Below are positions 19,007-28,085 of a stretch of 64,000 bases of DNA, one piece after another; within the stretch, counting starts at the first letter, position 1; each line of letters begins with the position of its first letter. The notes under the pieces were generated by a model. The model did not search any database. It was not told the DNA's origin and saw only the letters and a program-made list of their open reading frames with translations. The stretch is taken from positions 1,237-65,236 of the IMG/VR virus record IMGVR_UViG_3300033804_000029. The stretch is one strand, 5' to 3'. The DNA is from a virus. Both the position numbers and the translations under genes were made by a program.

Positions 19007-19380
19007 TGCCTTACAAGTCGTTCAACGAGGTTATACTCCTGGGCGGTCTGGGCCGGGACCCGGATCTAAAGGCCACTCCCAAGGGGAAATCCTATTGTGT
19101 CCTGGCCCTGGCCACCACGGACGGGAGCAAGGATTATCAGCAGACCAACTGGCATAAGGTGATCCTGTGGGGCACCCAGGCGGAGAACGCCGCCAAGTAT
19201 CTCAAGAAGGGCTCCCAGGTTTTGGTGAAGGGCAACCTGACCTACAACGACTGGACCGACAAAAACGGCCAGAAACACCGGGACGCCGAGATCCAGGGAT
19301 TCAAGATCATATATCTGAGTTCGCCTAGCGCCAGCGAAGAGCGGCAGCCAGTGGAAGATGAACGGGATATTTTGTATTGA
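19006..19380 (+). CDS. ssb: Single-stranded DNA-binding protein
   Basis: NEVILLG.LGRDPDL, TNWHKVILWG.QAE, YLKKGSQVLV.G. Confidence 0.95.
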   Translation: MPYKSFNEVILLGGLGRDPDLKATPKGKSYCVLALATTDGSKDYQQTNWHKVILWGTQAENAAKYLKKGSQVLVKGNLTYNDWTDKNGQKHRDAEIQGFKIIYLSSPSASEERQPVEDERDILY

Positions 19381-19423
19381 TTTGCGGTTCTTAGAGAAAT
19401 TACATCCTTCCTCGAAAAAACCC

Positions 19424-19572
19424 TTGACAGCCAGTTTCCCTTGAGGCAGTATGGCTCCGGGGGAGTTTTTATGGGCAACCCGCGTCAAAACTCACGGCCT
19501 TACGGCACGCCTTCCGGGACCACCTAGCCGGTTTGCCCCGTCTATCCCCCAGGTCCCGGAGGGTGTTTTTTC
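19424..19572 (+). promoter_or_regulatory. Promoter and terminator-containing leader upstream of the replication initiator
   Basis: TTGACA at 19424; 15-bp stem 19507-19521/19552-19566 followed by a T-run. Confidence 0.5.
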
Positions 19573-19588
19573 TTGAAAGGATTTTCCC

Positions 19589-20449
19589 TTGGCCAGGTTC
19601 AGAAAAATTGATATCGGCATTCACAGCGACGAGAAGTATAGAAGGCTCTCAGACCGGGCAAAATTATTATGGTTTACTCTCCTCACTTTTACCGAAATGA
19701 CTCCTCTCGGGGCCATGCGCTTTACGGAGTCCGGTATGGCGGAATATATGGGCTGGGACTTGAAAGGGTTCCAGAAACCCTTTGGGGAACTGTTAGGGGA
19801 GGGTATGGCGAAGTACGATCCAGATGCTCATTTTTTATACCTTCCTAACTTCTTAAGATATAACCCTCCTGACAACCCGAATGTGGTTAAGTCCTGGGCA
19901 AAACTTGACGGACTGCTTCCAGAGTGTAGTTTAAGAGATGAATATATTCAAATAGTTAAAGGGTTTCTGGAAGGGTATGGAAAAGGGTTTGTTGAAGCGT
20001 TCCCAGAGGGTATCTGGAAGGGTATATCAAAGGGTAGCCGAAAACAGGAGCAGGAGCAGGAGTTAATACCTAGAGAGCAGGAGAGACTAGAACCCCCCCC
20101 TATATCCCCCCCCAAAACCCTTCCCAAAGGCAAAAAATTAAAAAAAGAGAAAACTCCTTTATCTTCTGATTTCGCCATTTCAGAAGAAGTTAAAAAGTGG
20201 GCAGAGCAAAAGGGCTATAAAAATCTGGAACTTCATTTGGAAACCTTTAAAGACCTGGCCCTCTCCAGGGGATATGAATATGTCGATTGGGACCGAGCTT
20301 TTATGCGGGCCATCCGGGAGAACTGGGGAAAAATCAGTCCGGAAGTCATTGATCACCAAAAGGGGGTTCGGCCACCACTCAGCGAACCTAAAGGATTGGC
20401 TGGCCTAAGAGAATGGGATAGGAGGAAGCGAGATGCTGGACAGGGATAG
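19589..20449 (+). CDS. Phage replication initiator
   Basis: ARFRKID..DEKYRRLSD.AKLLWFTLLT HTH-type N-terminus, QEQEQE linker, C-terminal YVDWDRAF; upstream of loader and DnaB. Confidence 0.8.
   Translation: MARFRKIDIGIHSDEKYRRLSDRAKLLWFTLLTFTEMTPLGAMRFTESGMAEYMGWDLKGFQKPFGELLGEGMAKYDPDAHFLYLPNFLRYNPPDNPNVVKSWAKLDGLLPECSLRDEYIQIVKGFLEGYGKGFVEAFPEGIWKGISKGSRKQEQEQELIPREQERLEPPPISPPKTLPKGKKLKKEKTPLSSDFAISEEVKKWAEQKGYKNLELHLETFKDLALSRGYEYVDWDRAFMRAIRENWGKISPEVIDHQKGVRPPLSEPKGLAGLREWDRRKRDAGQG
19958..20041 (+). repeat. Iteron-like ~12-bp tandem repeats (probable replication origin)
   Basis: AGGGT cores at 19960, 19972, 19984, (19996), 20007, 20019, 20031 inside the initiator gene, followed by A tracts. 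Confidence 0.6.
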
Positions 20450-20900
20450 TTTTTTGAAGGGCATGGCCTATTTGGCTGCGGCTTATCCAGATTATGAGAT
20501 TAAGCCGGAAACTACTGAGGTTTATTGGGAAAGGTTAAAAGATCAACTTACCCCGCCCGAATGGGAATGGTCGATTAATAGGCACATTGAAACCCATAAA
20601 TGGTTTCCGAAAATTTCTGAAATCCTGGAAATGGTGAGGGCGTCAAAGAGGCCCCCAGCGACCTTAATCTGGGAAAAGCTCAAAAAGGCGGCGGAGTCCG
20701 GGGTTAAGCCGGAGATGGACCAGCCGACTCAGGTTGCCTTGGCCGCCATCGGCGGCTGGGAAGTCTTTCAGTACACCAGCTACGACGAACTGCGGTTCCG
20801 GTTTGCTATTTTTCGAGACGCCTATAATTTTTATGTGGAGCATCGGGGCCTGCCGGAGCTTCCTATTGACCTGCCGCCGAAGGAGATTGAGGAAGGATGA
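20433..20900 (+). CDS. Helicase loader/inhibitor (G39P-like)
   Basis: F.KGM..LAAAYP..T.VYW..L..KWFPKISEI; AIGGW; between initiator and DnaB. Confidence 0.65.
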   Translation: MLDRDSFLKGMAYLAAAYPDYEIKPETTEVYWERLKDQLTPPEWEWSINRHIETHKWFPKISEILEMVRASKRPPATLIWEKLKKAAESGVKPEMDQPTQVALAAIGGWEVFQYTSYDELRFRFAIFRDAYNFYVEHRGLPELPIDLPPKEIEEG

Positions 20901-20906
20901 CCAAAA

Positions 20907-21128
20907 ATGACTGATCGAGCCAAGTTAGAAAATGTTGCTAGAAATATTGGGGAATTAATTGGTCAGGCACTTTCTAAATTTGAAAAAGTGGGATTTGCTT
21001 TACTAATTTTCGATTTTGGCGAGGGCGGTAATCTTGCTTGAATTTCTAATGCCCAAAGACAAGACATGCTCAGAGCTTTGCAAGAATTTATCGAAAAAGG
21101 AGGTGGAACGAGCGTTTCCGTTCATTAA
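20907..21128 (+). pseudogene. Small phage gene with in-frame TGA at 21039-21041
   Basis: GFALLIFDFGEGGNLA*ISNAQRQDMLRALQEFIE reads as one continuous motif across the stop. Confidence 0.55.
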
Positions 21129-21171
21129 CCAATGCCTCGCTTCAGCCGTCAACTGCAAAAAAGAGTCGAGA

Positions 21172-21390
21172 ATGGGTAAGTTAAAGGAATTTAGACCCAA
21201 GCGATTAAGTAAGAAAATTAGTCGTCTTGCTAAAGAACTAAATGAGGCAGTTGCGGCAATGTACCGCGGTGGAATAAATGTGGAAATTAATATTGAAAAT
21301 AAGGTGCTTCCATTTCCAGTTATAGCTGTGCGGCTTTTTAAAGAAATTGTCTATGAAGAAAACTCGCCAACTTCAAAAAACCCCAGATGA
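21172..21390 (+). CDS. Hypothetical protein
   Basis: ORF overlapping the dnaB start. Confidence 0.4.
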   Translation: MGKLKEFRPKRLSKKISRLAKELNEAVAAMYRGGINVEINIENKVLPFPVIAVRLFKEIVYEENSPTSKNPR

Positions 21391-22747
21391 TCCTCCGGGG
21401 GGCTATGTCCCTCCGGCCAGCCTGGAGGCGGAGCAGGCAGTGCTGGGCGCGGTGCTGGTCCGCCCGGAAATGCTGGACGTGGTTTCGGAGATTTTGGCGG
21501 CGGCGGATTTTTACCGGGAGGCCCATGGCCGGATTTTTCAGGCGATGCTGGACCTGCAGGAAGCCTCTGAGCCGGTGGATCTGGTGACCGTCACCGCCTA
21601 CCTCAAGGACCGGGGCCAGTTAGAGGCGGTAGGGGGGCCGGTCTTTTTGGCTGAGCTAAGCGAAAGGGTAGGTTTTGCAACAAACGCCGAATACTATGCG
21701 GGGCTCGTCCGAGACAAAGCCATCCTCCGGCGGTTGCTGGACGCCAGCCAGGAGATCGCCGGGGCCTGTTTCGCCCCAGTGGAGAATGTGAAGGAGTTTG
21801 TCTCAGAGGCGGAAAACAAAATCTTTTGCATCGGTGAAGGCCGCCAAGCGGCGGAAGCCCGGTCTTTTGCGGCGGTGATTCCCGAGCGCCTGCGGCATCT
21901 GGAACAGATTTGGGAGAGCCGGCACCGGGGGGAGGTCTTGGGGGTGCCCAGCGGCTTTCTCGACCTGGACCAGTTGACTGGCGGCTGGCAGCCGGGCGAC
22001 CTGATCCTGGTGGCGGGTCGGCCGTCAATGGGCAAAACCGCCCTGGCCCTCAACTTTGCCACTCACGCTGGCCTAAAGGGCTATCCCGGCGGGTTCTTCT
22101 CCCTGGAGATGTCTGAAGGCCAGTTGACCGACCGGGAACTGGGAGGGGAGGCCCGGGTAAGCGTCAGCCGGATGCGCACCGGATTGATGAGCAGCGATGA
22201 CTGGGCGAAGGTGCATAGTGCCGCGGGCCAGCTTTTTGAATTGCCGATTTTCTTGGTGGATAAGGCCACGCTGACGCCACTGGAAATCCGGGCCCAGGCC
22301 CGGCGGCTGAAACGGCGCCACGAAATCAAATGGATCGTGGTGGATTATTTGCAGTTGATCCGGGACTCCCGGTTTAGAAGCCGGGAGCAGGAAGTCTCCT
22401 ATGTCTCGGCGTCGCTCAAGGCCCTGGCCAAAGAATTACAGGTCCCGGTGATCGCCCTGTCGCAGTTGAACCGGCAGGTGGAAAGCCGACCCAACAAACG
22501 GCCCACTCTTTCGGACTTGCGCGAATCCGGAGCCCTCGAACAGGACGCCGACGTGATCATTTTCATCTACCGGGATGAGGTTTATGACGAAAACACCAAG
22601 GAACCGGGGATTGCCGAAATCATCGTGGCGAAACAGCGCAACGGGCCGATAGGAAAACTTAAACTGTTTTACCGGGCGGAATATACCCGGTTCGAGAATT
22701 ATTCCGACCGGGAGGCACCGGCGGGGTCATGGCAGGATGGATATTAA
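21353..22747 (+). CDS. dnaB: Replicative DNA helicase
   Basis: EAEQAVLG, AGRPSMGKT Walker A, FSLEM, VDYLQL, LSQLNR, LSDLRESGALEQDAD, KQRNGP. Confidence 0.98.
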   Translation: MKKTRQLQKTPDDPPGGYVPPASLEAEQAVLGAVLVRPEMLDVVSEILAAADFYREAHGRIFQAMLDLQEASEPVDLVTVTAYLKDRGQLEAVGGPVFLAELSERVGFATNAEYYAGLVRDKAILRRLLDASQEIAGACFAPVENVKEFVSEAENKIFCIGEGRQAAEARSFAAVIPERLRHLEQIWESRHRGEVLGVPSGFLDLDQLTGGWQPGDLILVAGRPSMGKTALALNFATHAGLKGYPGGFFSLEMSEGQLTDRELGGEARVSVSRMRTGLMSSDDWAKVHSAAGQLFELPIFLVDKATLTPLEIRAQARRLKRRHEIKWIVVDYLQLIRDSRFRSREQEVSYVSASLKALAKELQVPVIALSQLNRQVESRPNKRPTLSDLRESGALEQDADVIIFIYRDEVYDENTKEPGIAEIIVAKQRNGPIGKLKLFYRAEYTRFENYSDREAPAGSWQDGY

Positions 22748-22752
22748 ATTAG

Positions 22753-23376
22753 ATGAACTATCTTGAAGTTATTATAAATGAACAAAAATATAAGATGATT
22801 CCTGTAGGAGAATGCGCTTGTGGTTGTGGTAATAAGACAAGAATATCTAAATATACTCGTAAAAAGAAAGGATGGATAAAGGGTCGTCACCGTAAATATG
22901 TTAGTGGTCATAATCCCTTTGTGAGTGATATTAGCGGCCCAAAAAGTTATAGATGGAAAGGCGGAAAAACAAGGGGCCGTAATAATTATACATTAATCAA
23001 AATAGAACACCCCAAAGCGAAGCCATATGTTTTTGAATATATATTAAAGGCTGAAAAAGCATTAGGAAAACCATTGCCAGAAAAAGCCCATGTGCATCAT
23101 CATAATGAAAATCAACTAGTTATTTGTGAAGATGCTGCATATCATAATTTAATTCACCAAAGGCAAAGAGCTTATAAGGCATGTGGTCATGCTTCATGGC
23201 GGAAATGTTGGATATGTAAAGAATATGATAATCCGCAAAACCTAAATTCCGCAGCACCAAGACATGATACGTTTTATCATAAGTCATGCAAACGAATAAT
23301 TGATAGAAAATATAAAGAAAAGAAAAGGCAACAACGTCACGGCGATGTGGCGACCAATCTTAATAAGGGGGTCTGA
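22753..23376 (+). CDS. HNH homing endonuclease
   Basis: CACGCG, WKGG, AEKALGKPL..VHHHN..LVIC..YH..IH; AT-rich. Confidence 0.85.
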   Translation: MNYLEVIINEQKYKMIPVGECACGCGNKTRISKYTRKKKGWIKGRHRKYVSGHNPFVSDISGPKSYRWKGGKTRGRNNYTLIKIEHPKAKPYVFEYILKAEKALGKPLPEKAHVHHHNENQLVICEDAAYHNLIHQRQRAYKACGHASWRKCWICKEYDNPQNLNSAAPRHDTFYHKSCKRIIDRKYKEKKRQQRHGDVATNLNKGV

Positions 23377-23379
23377 AAA

Positions 23380-23652
23380 ATGACCAAGGCAGAATTAGTA
23401 AGTACGTTGGCGGCAGAGGTGGACGTGAACAAAACCACCGCGGCGGTGATCCTGGACAGCATCAAGGCGATTCTTACCCGGGATCTCAAGAAAACCGGGG
23501 AGACGGTGCTGCACGGCATCGGGATCTTCAAGGTCAAAAAGCGGGCGGCGCGCACTGGACGGAACCCGCAGACTGGGGCGCCGGTGAAAATCCCGGCGCA
23601 CCGCAGCGTGGCCTTCAAAGCCCACAAGGCCCTGAAAGACGCCCTAGCTTAG
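23380..23652 (+). CDS. hup: HU family DNA-binding protein
   Basis: MTKAELV, GIGIFKV..RAARTGRNPQTG..IPA..FKA.KALKD. Confidence 0.95.
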   Translation: MTKAELVSTLAAEVDVNKTTAAVILDSIKAILTRDLKKTGETVLHGIGIFKVKKRAARTGRNPQTGAPVKIPAHRSVAFKAHKALKDALA

Positions 23653-23726
23653 GTATAGGTTTCCCCTCTTTCTAAATCCAATGAGGGGATAGCTAGGGGT
23701 TTTTGACGAAATCGGGGCAATTTAAG

Positions 23727-23758
23727 AAAGGGGCCAGGATGGTTTCTGGCCCCTTTTA
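23727..23758. terminator. Bidirectional terminator-like hairpin between convergent genes
   Basis: AAAGGGGCCAG...CTGGCCCCTTTT. Confidence 0.6.
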
Positions 23759-24361
23759 TCTCCAGAGTTCTTTGGCGGCGGCTTCCAATTCCGGGTTTTC
23801 CACCTTGGTATAGACTTGCGTGGTCGCCAGGTCCTCATGCCCCAGAGCCTCCTGGATAAGCCGCAGGTTTTTCCCATGGCGCAGGTAATGGGTGGCGAAG
23901 CTGTGGCGCAACAGGTGGGGGTGCAGCCTTTTGGCGAGTCCTGACCAGCGACCGAGTTTCTGCAAATAGCGGCGAAACCAGCGGTCATTCAGGCGTTTCT
24001 TGCCGTCCAAGGTGGTGAAGATCAGATTACCGTTACCGGACGGATTCGGCTTAACCGCCAGCCAAGTCTTGAGTAGTTCCAAACCAGGAGGCGGCAGGTA
24101 AAAAACCCGATCCTTGCCGCCCTTGCCGTGGCGCACGAAGCCCTGGCCGGTGTGCCAGTCCAGATCGGTGATCTTGAGATTAAGGGCCTCGGCGCAGCGC
24201 AGGCCAGTGTTTAAGAGCAGCCGAATCAGGGCCAAGATGCGCAGCCGTTCCGGGGTGTCGGCCGGCTCCAGCCGGGCCAGCAGGCGACCCCACTCCTCGG
24301 CAGTCAAGACCTGGGGAATCTTGCGGGGCTGGCGGCGGCCATTGCCGTTTTTTCCTTTCAT
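23756..24361 (-). CDS. Tyrosine recombinase (Xer-like, catalytic domain only)
   Basis: TGLRCAE, GKGGKDR, HPHLLRHSFAT, LGHEDLATTQVY; only ~201 aa. Confidence 0.92.
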   Translation of the reverse strand: MKGKNGNGRRQPRKIPQVLTAEEWGRLLARLEPADTPERLRILALIRLLLNTGLRCAEALNLKITDLDWHTGQGFVRHGKGGKDRVFYLPPPGLELLKTWLAVKPNPSGNGNLIFTTLDGKKRLNDRWFRRYLQKLGRWSGLAKRLHPHLLRHSFATHYLRHGKNLRLIQEALGHEDLATTQVYTKVENPELEAAAKELWR

Positions 24362-24564
24362 GGCATCCCCAAGCTGGACCAAATCAAGTAAATCAGGCCA
24401 GCCAAAAATGCCAGCAAACAGCCCAATGTGAGCCAACCTACAAACAGGCCGCTTTTTGTGTCAGCACCATCCTCAGCGAGTTTCCGGTAAGTTTCCATCC
24501 GCCGACGGAAAGCCTCGATCTCCTCCGGGGTATATTCACGGTGAAGTTGTGGAGTGATTTTCAT
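24358..24564 (-). CDS. Small membrane protein
   Basis: C-terminal TM helix; ATGA overlap with the recombinase. Confidence 0.5.
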   Translation of the reverse strand: MKITPQLHREYTPEEIEAFRRRMETYRKLAEDGADTKSGLFVGWLTLGCLLAFLAGLIYLIWSSLGMP

Positions 24565-24577
24565 GGTGCGGTTCCCC

Positions 24578-24850
24578 TTAAGCAGTAAGGTTCTCAATGA
24601 TCACCGCGGCTTCCGCCGGATGAAACAGCCGCTTCACCTTTTCCACCACGGCGTCATAATCCGAGCCCCAAACTGGGACAAAGGGATAAAGGAGATCGCC
24701 GGATTGATGGGGGCCCTTGCTAAAGTAATCCGCACAGGCGGGCTCATAATCCCGCATTTCGGCGGAGATCAGCAAGGCCACGTCTTTGCACTGATCATCG
24801 TTCAGATGTCGGCGGCGCTCTCTTGGAGCACTTGACGATTTTTTAGCCAT
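24578..24850 (-). CDS. Hypothetical protein
   Basis: AAGGAG RBS, 90 aa. Confidence 0.55.
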   Translation of the reverse strand: MAKKSSSAPRERRRHLNDDQCKDVALLISAEMRDYEPACADYFSKGPHQSGDLLYPFVPVWGSDYDAVVEKVKRLFHPAEAAVIIENLTA

Positions 24851-24869
24851 GAGATTTTCTCCTTGTATA

Positions 24870-25316
24870 TTAAGATATTAGTTGTTCTGCTGATACTTCA
24901 ACTTCAAAAAGACCTTGACGACCCTTGATCGGAAAAGGATTTTTAAAGGGACGATAATTCCAGAAATCCCATCCGAAGCGATGGTCTCCAAAATCACCTA
25001 CGGCCAATTCAAAAGGCGTAACTCTATCCCGCAGTTCCTCAGTAGGGTATATTCCCGTTAATTCGGGGATGATCCCGACAGCCTTACCATAGGGAAGCGG
25101 ATTGTACCGCTCTACCAATTTAAGCAATTCCTCTTTTTGAAATGTTACCCACCAACGCTCAATTTGCCATAAAGCCTCTATCGATCGAGGTCCGCCTTTA
25201 GAGGCACAGATAAGCAGCGGCCCCCGGTAATTCGTGGTCCACGATCTGGTTTCAAAGGTTTTTATTGGGAAAAGAATAGCCCAGGGCAGCCAGATGGAAA
25301 TGGCCTTAATTTTCAT
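24870..25316 (-). CDS. ASCH domain protein
   Basis: KAISIW.PWA..KTFETRSW.T.YRGPLLICAS..KGRQGLF. Confidence 0.9.
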   Translation of the reverse strand: MKIKAISIWLPWAILFPIKTFETRSWTTNYRGPLLICASKGGPRSIEALWQIERWWVTFQKEELLKLVERYNPLPYGKAVGIIPELTGIYPTEELRDRVTPFELAVGDFGDHRFGWDFWNYRPFKNPFPIKGRQGLFEVEVSAEQLIS

Positions 25317-25491
25317 AAGACCTCCTGTTTATGGTTTCGAGATCAATTTGCGCCAGGATCGCTTGGGTCATAAATTCAAAGGGACCGATCCATCTGCCAT
25401 CGAACCAAAACCACCAACCGTCTTGCCGCAGTTCCAGCATGATTTTTTCCCCGCTTACTGGATGGATTGCCTCAAATTGAATTGGGTCCAT
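25306..25491 (-). CDS. Hypothetical protein
   Basis: Tightly coupled ORF in the leftward operon. Confidence 0.45.
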   Translation of the reverse strand: MDPIQFEAIHPVSGEKIMLELRQDGWWFWFDGRWIGPFEFMTQAILAQIDLETINRRSYEN

Positions 25492-25688
25492 TAGCCCGAA
25501 TCGTCAAGACCGAGTTCTTTAAACAGATTAGCTAAGGGTTCATAGAAGTGGCTAAGTCGGTGCGCCCGGATATTTAGCATAAACAGCTTGTGAATATACT
25601 GGGCCACGTTCAGGCCCCGCTTATGCGCCTCTTCTTTGATCCAGACGACCTCGCCGGGGACCATTCCCCGGATGAACAGGTTAGCCAT
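25491..25688 (-). CDS. Ribbon-helix-helix (Arc/FitA-like) regulator
   Basis: MANLFIRGM...IKEEAHKRGLNVAQYI; GGAGG RBS. Confidence 0.6.
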   Translation of the reverse strand: MANLFIRGMVPGEVVWIKEEAHKRGLNVAQYIHKLFMLNIRAHRLSHFYEPLANLFKELGLDDSG

Positions 25689-25847
25689 TACCCCTCCTGA
25701 CCTCACCAGACGCCCCAGGAGAGGCGATCTCCTCTGGGGCAAGGGTTTACCATAGGCCGGAATCGGCCCAAATCGCCAGCAGAGCCAGGACCACGGCCCC
25801 GCCCAGGATAAACCAGAGGTTAGTTAAGAGTTTGTGCAGGGTGTTCA

Positions 25848-26225
25848 TTATTCACCTTTGGCTTTGGAGATGGCAGCCACGCATTTTTCGCAGATTACTT
25901 TAAAGGGTTGCACGGAAGATGGAGCAAAAGCGGCCTGGACAGAGACCCATGCACCTTGGGCCGATTCTGCATCTTCAAGAATTTCTTCCAATGGCCTCAC
26001 TATTTCACTCATTGCCCGGTTCCATCCCCAGGTAAAGGCGTCCAATTCATCGGATCCGAATTCCCCGCCTTTCTGAGCAATTCCTAAATGCCACTGAAAA
26101 GACCCTTCCGGGTATTGGCGACAGACATAGCAAAGACCGTCTTTTAAGGCGTCCGGGTCTTCATCATAGCCGCAAATCCGGCACTGCGGGGAATCATCGG
26201 AGGAATCTGGGTGCGTTTTGCCCAT
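25848..26225 (-). CDS. Hypothetical protein with N-terminal Zn motif
   Basis: CRICG..GLCYVC; GAGGAG RBS. Confidence 0.55.
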   Translation of the reverse strand: MGKTHPDSSDDSPQCRICGYDEDPDALKDGLCYVCRQYPEGSFQWHLGIAQKGGEFGSDELDAFTWGWNRAMSEIVRPLEEILEDAESAQGAWVSVQAAFAPSSVQPFKVICEKCVAAISKAKGE

Positions 26226-26308
26226 ATAGACTCAACTCCTCTTTTTTTGACTTAACCGCTCCGAGCGAGACAGATCCGCCAAGCAGACCCGCCCCGGCCC
26301 CGCAGGGG

Positions 26309-26917
26309 TTAAGCCGCTTGCTCAATTCCCTTTTTAGCCATTTCCTCAACTTGGCGATAAGGGTCAAGTTCTCTTATGCTGTTATCAAGTTCGACAATGC
26401 GGTTAAGCAGTTTCAATTTTTCGGCCACCATTTCAGAAACTTGTTTAAGTTGGTTTTCATCTTCTTCTTTAATCCGGTTTTTATAGTCTAAAAACCAGAT
26501 TTCCGGTTCCCATTTAGATTTATAAAATGGGGTTATAAAGGTTTGATAACCAATTTTCTCCCGATGCTCACTTTTTTCTAAATCGAAATAAGCTGCGGGA
26601 ATGTATAAGACACATTTATAAGTTGTCCGATTTTCAAACCTTTCGGATTGTTTTCTAATGATAAAAGATTTTCCATCATATACTGGTTTATTCCTAACAA
26701 TTACTAAAGGAATATCCAGCCTTTCAAGTTGATTGTTGTTCCCAAACCAACCCCTTCCTATCTCAAGGGGTTCATCGCCATTACGGTAGAGAAATATATT
26801 TTGAATCTCATACCAACGGTTATTTACAAAGACATGAAAAGGATTATACCACGCAGCAGCCTTGCAAAGAGTTTGGGTATGAACTACTACTTGCCGCTCT
26901 TTCTCTTTGGCGTTCAT
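26309..26917 (-). CDS. Hypothetical early protein
   Basis: 202 aa, GGAGG RBS, AT-rich. Confidence 0.6.
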   Translation of the reverse strand: MNAKEKERQVVVHTQTLCKAAAWYNPFHVFVNNRWYEIQNIFLYRNGDEPLEIGRGWFGNNNQLERLDIPLVIVRNKPVYDGKSFIIRKQSERFENRTTYKCVLYIPAAYFDLEKSEHREKIGYQTFITPFYKSKWEPEIWFLDYKNRIKEEDENQLKQVSEMVAEKLKLLNRIVELDNSIRELDPYRQVEEMAKKGIEQAA

Positions 26918-26988
26918 GGGATGCTGCCTCCTTTATGGATTTAACCGCTCAAGGTGGGCCAGGGCCAGCCCCGGCCTGCCCAAAGGGG

Positions 26989-27255
26989 TTAAGCATAAGG
27001 ATTAGTCGATTGTTGTCGGCCCGTTCTTACCGCTTCATTATACTTGGCGATTTCGGCCCGCAATTCTTTTCCAAAATCATCATCACCGCGCATAGCATGA
27101 AGAGCAGGCGATTTTTGGTTGAGCACAGCTACATAGCCGGGTTCCTCAAAAACCACGGCCACATACTCAATTTTTTGGTAAACAAACTCCACCACATTGA
27201 AACCGGCACCGCCAACGCCGTTGCGATGAAAAGCGATGCACTTAACTTTAATCAT
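26989..27255 (-). CDS. Hypothetical early protein
   Basis: HRNGVGG.GF.V..RGD.F motif; GGAGG RBS. Confidence 0.6.
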   Translation of the reverse strand: MIKVKCIAFHRNGVGGAGFNVVEFVYQKIEYVAVVFEEPGYVAVLNQKSPALHAMRGDDDFGKELRAEIAKYNEAVRTGRQQSTNPYA

Positions 27256-27260
27256 TTTCT

Positions 27261-27434
27261 TTACCTCCTTTCCTCCAAAAATCGGTTAAGCAGTTTAACC
27301 GCCATTTCCGGGATTTTGCGCTTCCCGTTCTCCCACCGGGAGATGGTGATGTAATGGACGCCCAGGGCCGCGGCAGCCTCAGTCTGATTTTTCCACAGCC
27401 GCCGACGGATCGCCGCAAATTCGGAGGGGGTCAT
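27261..27434 (-). CDS. XRE-family HTH regulator (57 aa)
   Basis: MTPSEFAAIRRRLWKNQTEAAAALGVHYITISRWENGKRKIP; below the ORF-track size cut-off. Confidence 0.85.
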   Translation of the reverse strand: MTPSEFAAIRRRLWKNQTEAAAALGVHYITISRWENGKRKIPEMAVKLLNRFLEERR

Positions 27435-27438
27435 TTAT

Positions 27439-27819
27439 TTATACCTCAATTCCATTTCTGTCTGCTAGCTTCCGGGCGGTCTCCTCAAAACCGAACCAAG
27501 CTAAAAGGTTTTGATTTGAGGTATCCAAAGCTAAGGGGTCTTCTTTGTCCCAATCCCTGAAAAGCTGTTCAGGGCCATAGCCGGTGCCGTCAATTAATTC
27601 TTTGAGCAAAGAATTGATCTCTTGACGGTGTTTTTTGAAAAAGGCCAGGGTGTCTTTATAATATATCAAATGACCGACAAACCCGGATTGACAACCGCAG
27701 CGAAGAAGATCGTCTATAACTCCCGCCGCGCCATTTTCATAATCTGCTACTTCGCCGTTAATCCATTTCTGGACATGACGCTCAAGAAGGGTTTCAGCCC
27801 CTTTGATTTTAACTTTCAT
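27439..27819 (-). CDS. Conserved hypothetical early phage protein
   Basis: GCQSG.V..LIYY.DT..FF..H..EI; N.LAWFGFEE.A. Confidence 0.7.
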   Translation of the reverse strand: MKVKIKGAETLLERHVQKWINGEVADYENGAAGVIDDLLRCGCQSGFVGHLIYYKDTLAFFKKHRQEINSLLKELIDGTGYGPEQLFRDWDKEDPLALDTSNQNLLAWFGFEETARKLADRNGIEV

Positions 27820-28049
27820 TTCTCTACCCTCCTCGCCCATTTAACCTGCAACCATCATGCCAATGGCTAAGATTGAGGAAATAGTCAGATATAATCAATA
27901 GTTGCCATTTGCCTAAACTAAGCCATAGGTTAAAATAATTGAACCGATTTTGATCCGAAAATAGCCAATGGATTGAAAATGGTAATATAACCGATGGTTT
28001 AGACCGTGTTTCAAAATATTGCCAATGGTTAAAATTATTGGCCCCAGCC

Positions 28050-28078
28050 TTGACTAATCAAGAAACCTGTGCTATGAG
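28050..28078 (+). promoter_or_regulatory. Sigma70-like promoter for the original RuvC-like gene
   Basis: TTGACT-N17-TATGAG with extended TG. Confidence 0.45.
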
Positions 28079-28085
28079 GCAAAAT

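Noticed and set aside
21039-21041. Genome-wide stop-codon reassignment
   Set aside because: TGA, TAG and TAA all end well-coupled genes elsewhere; only one in-frame TGA was found.
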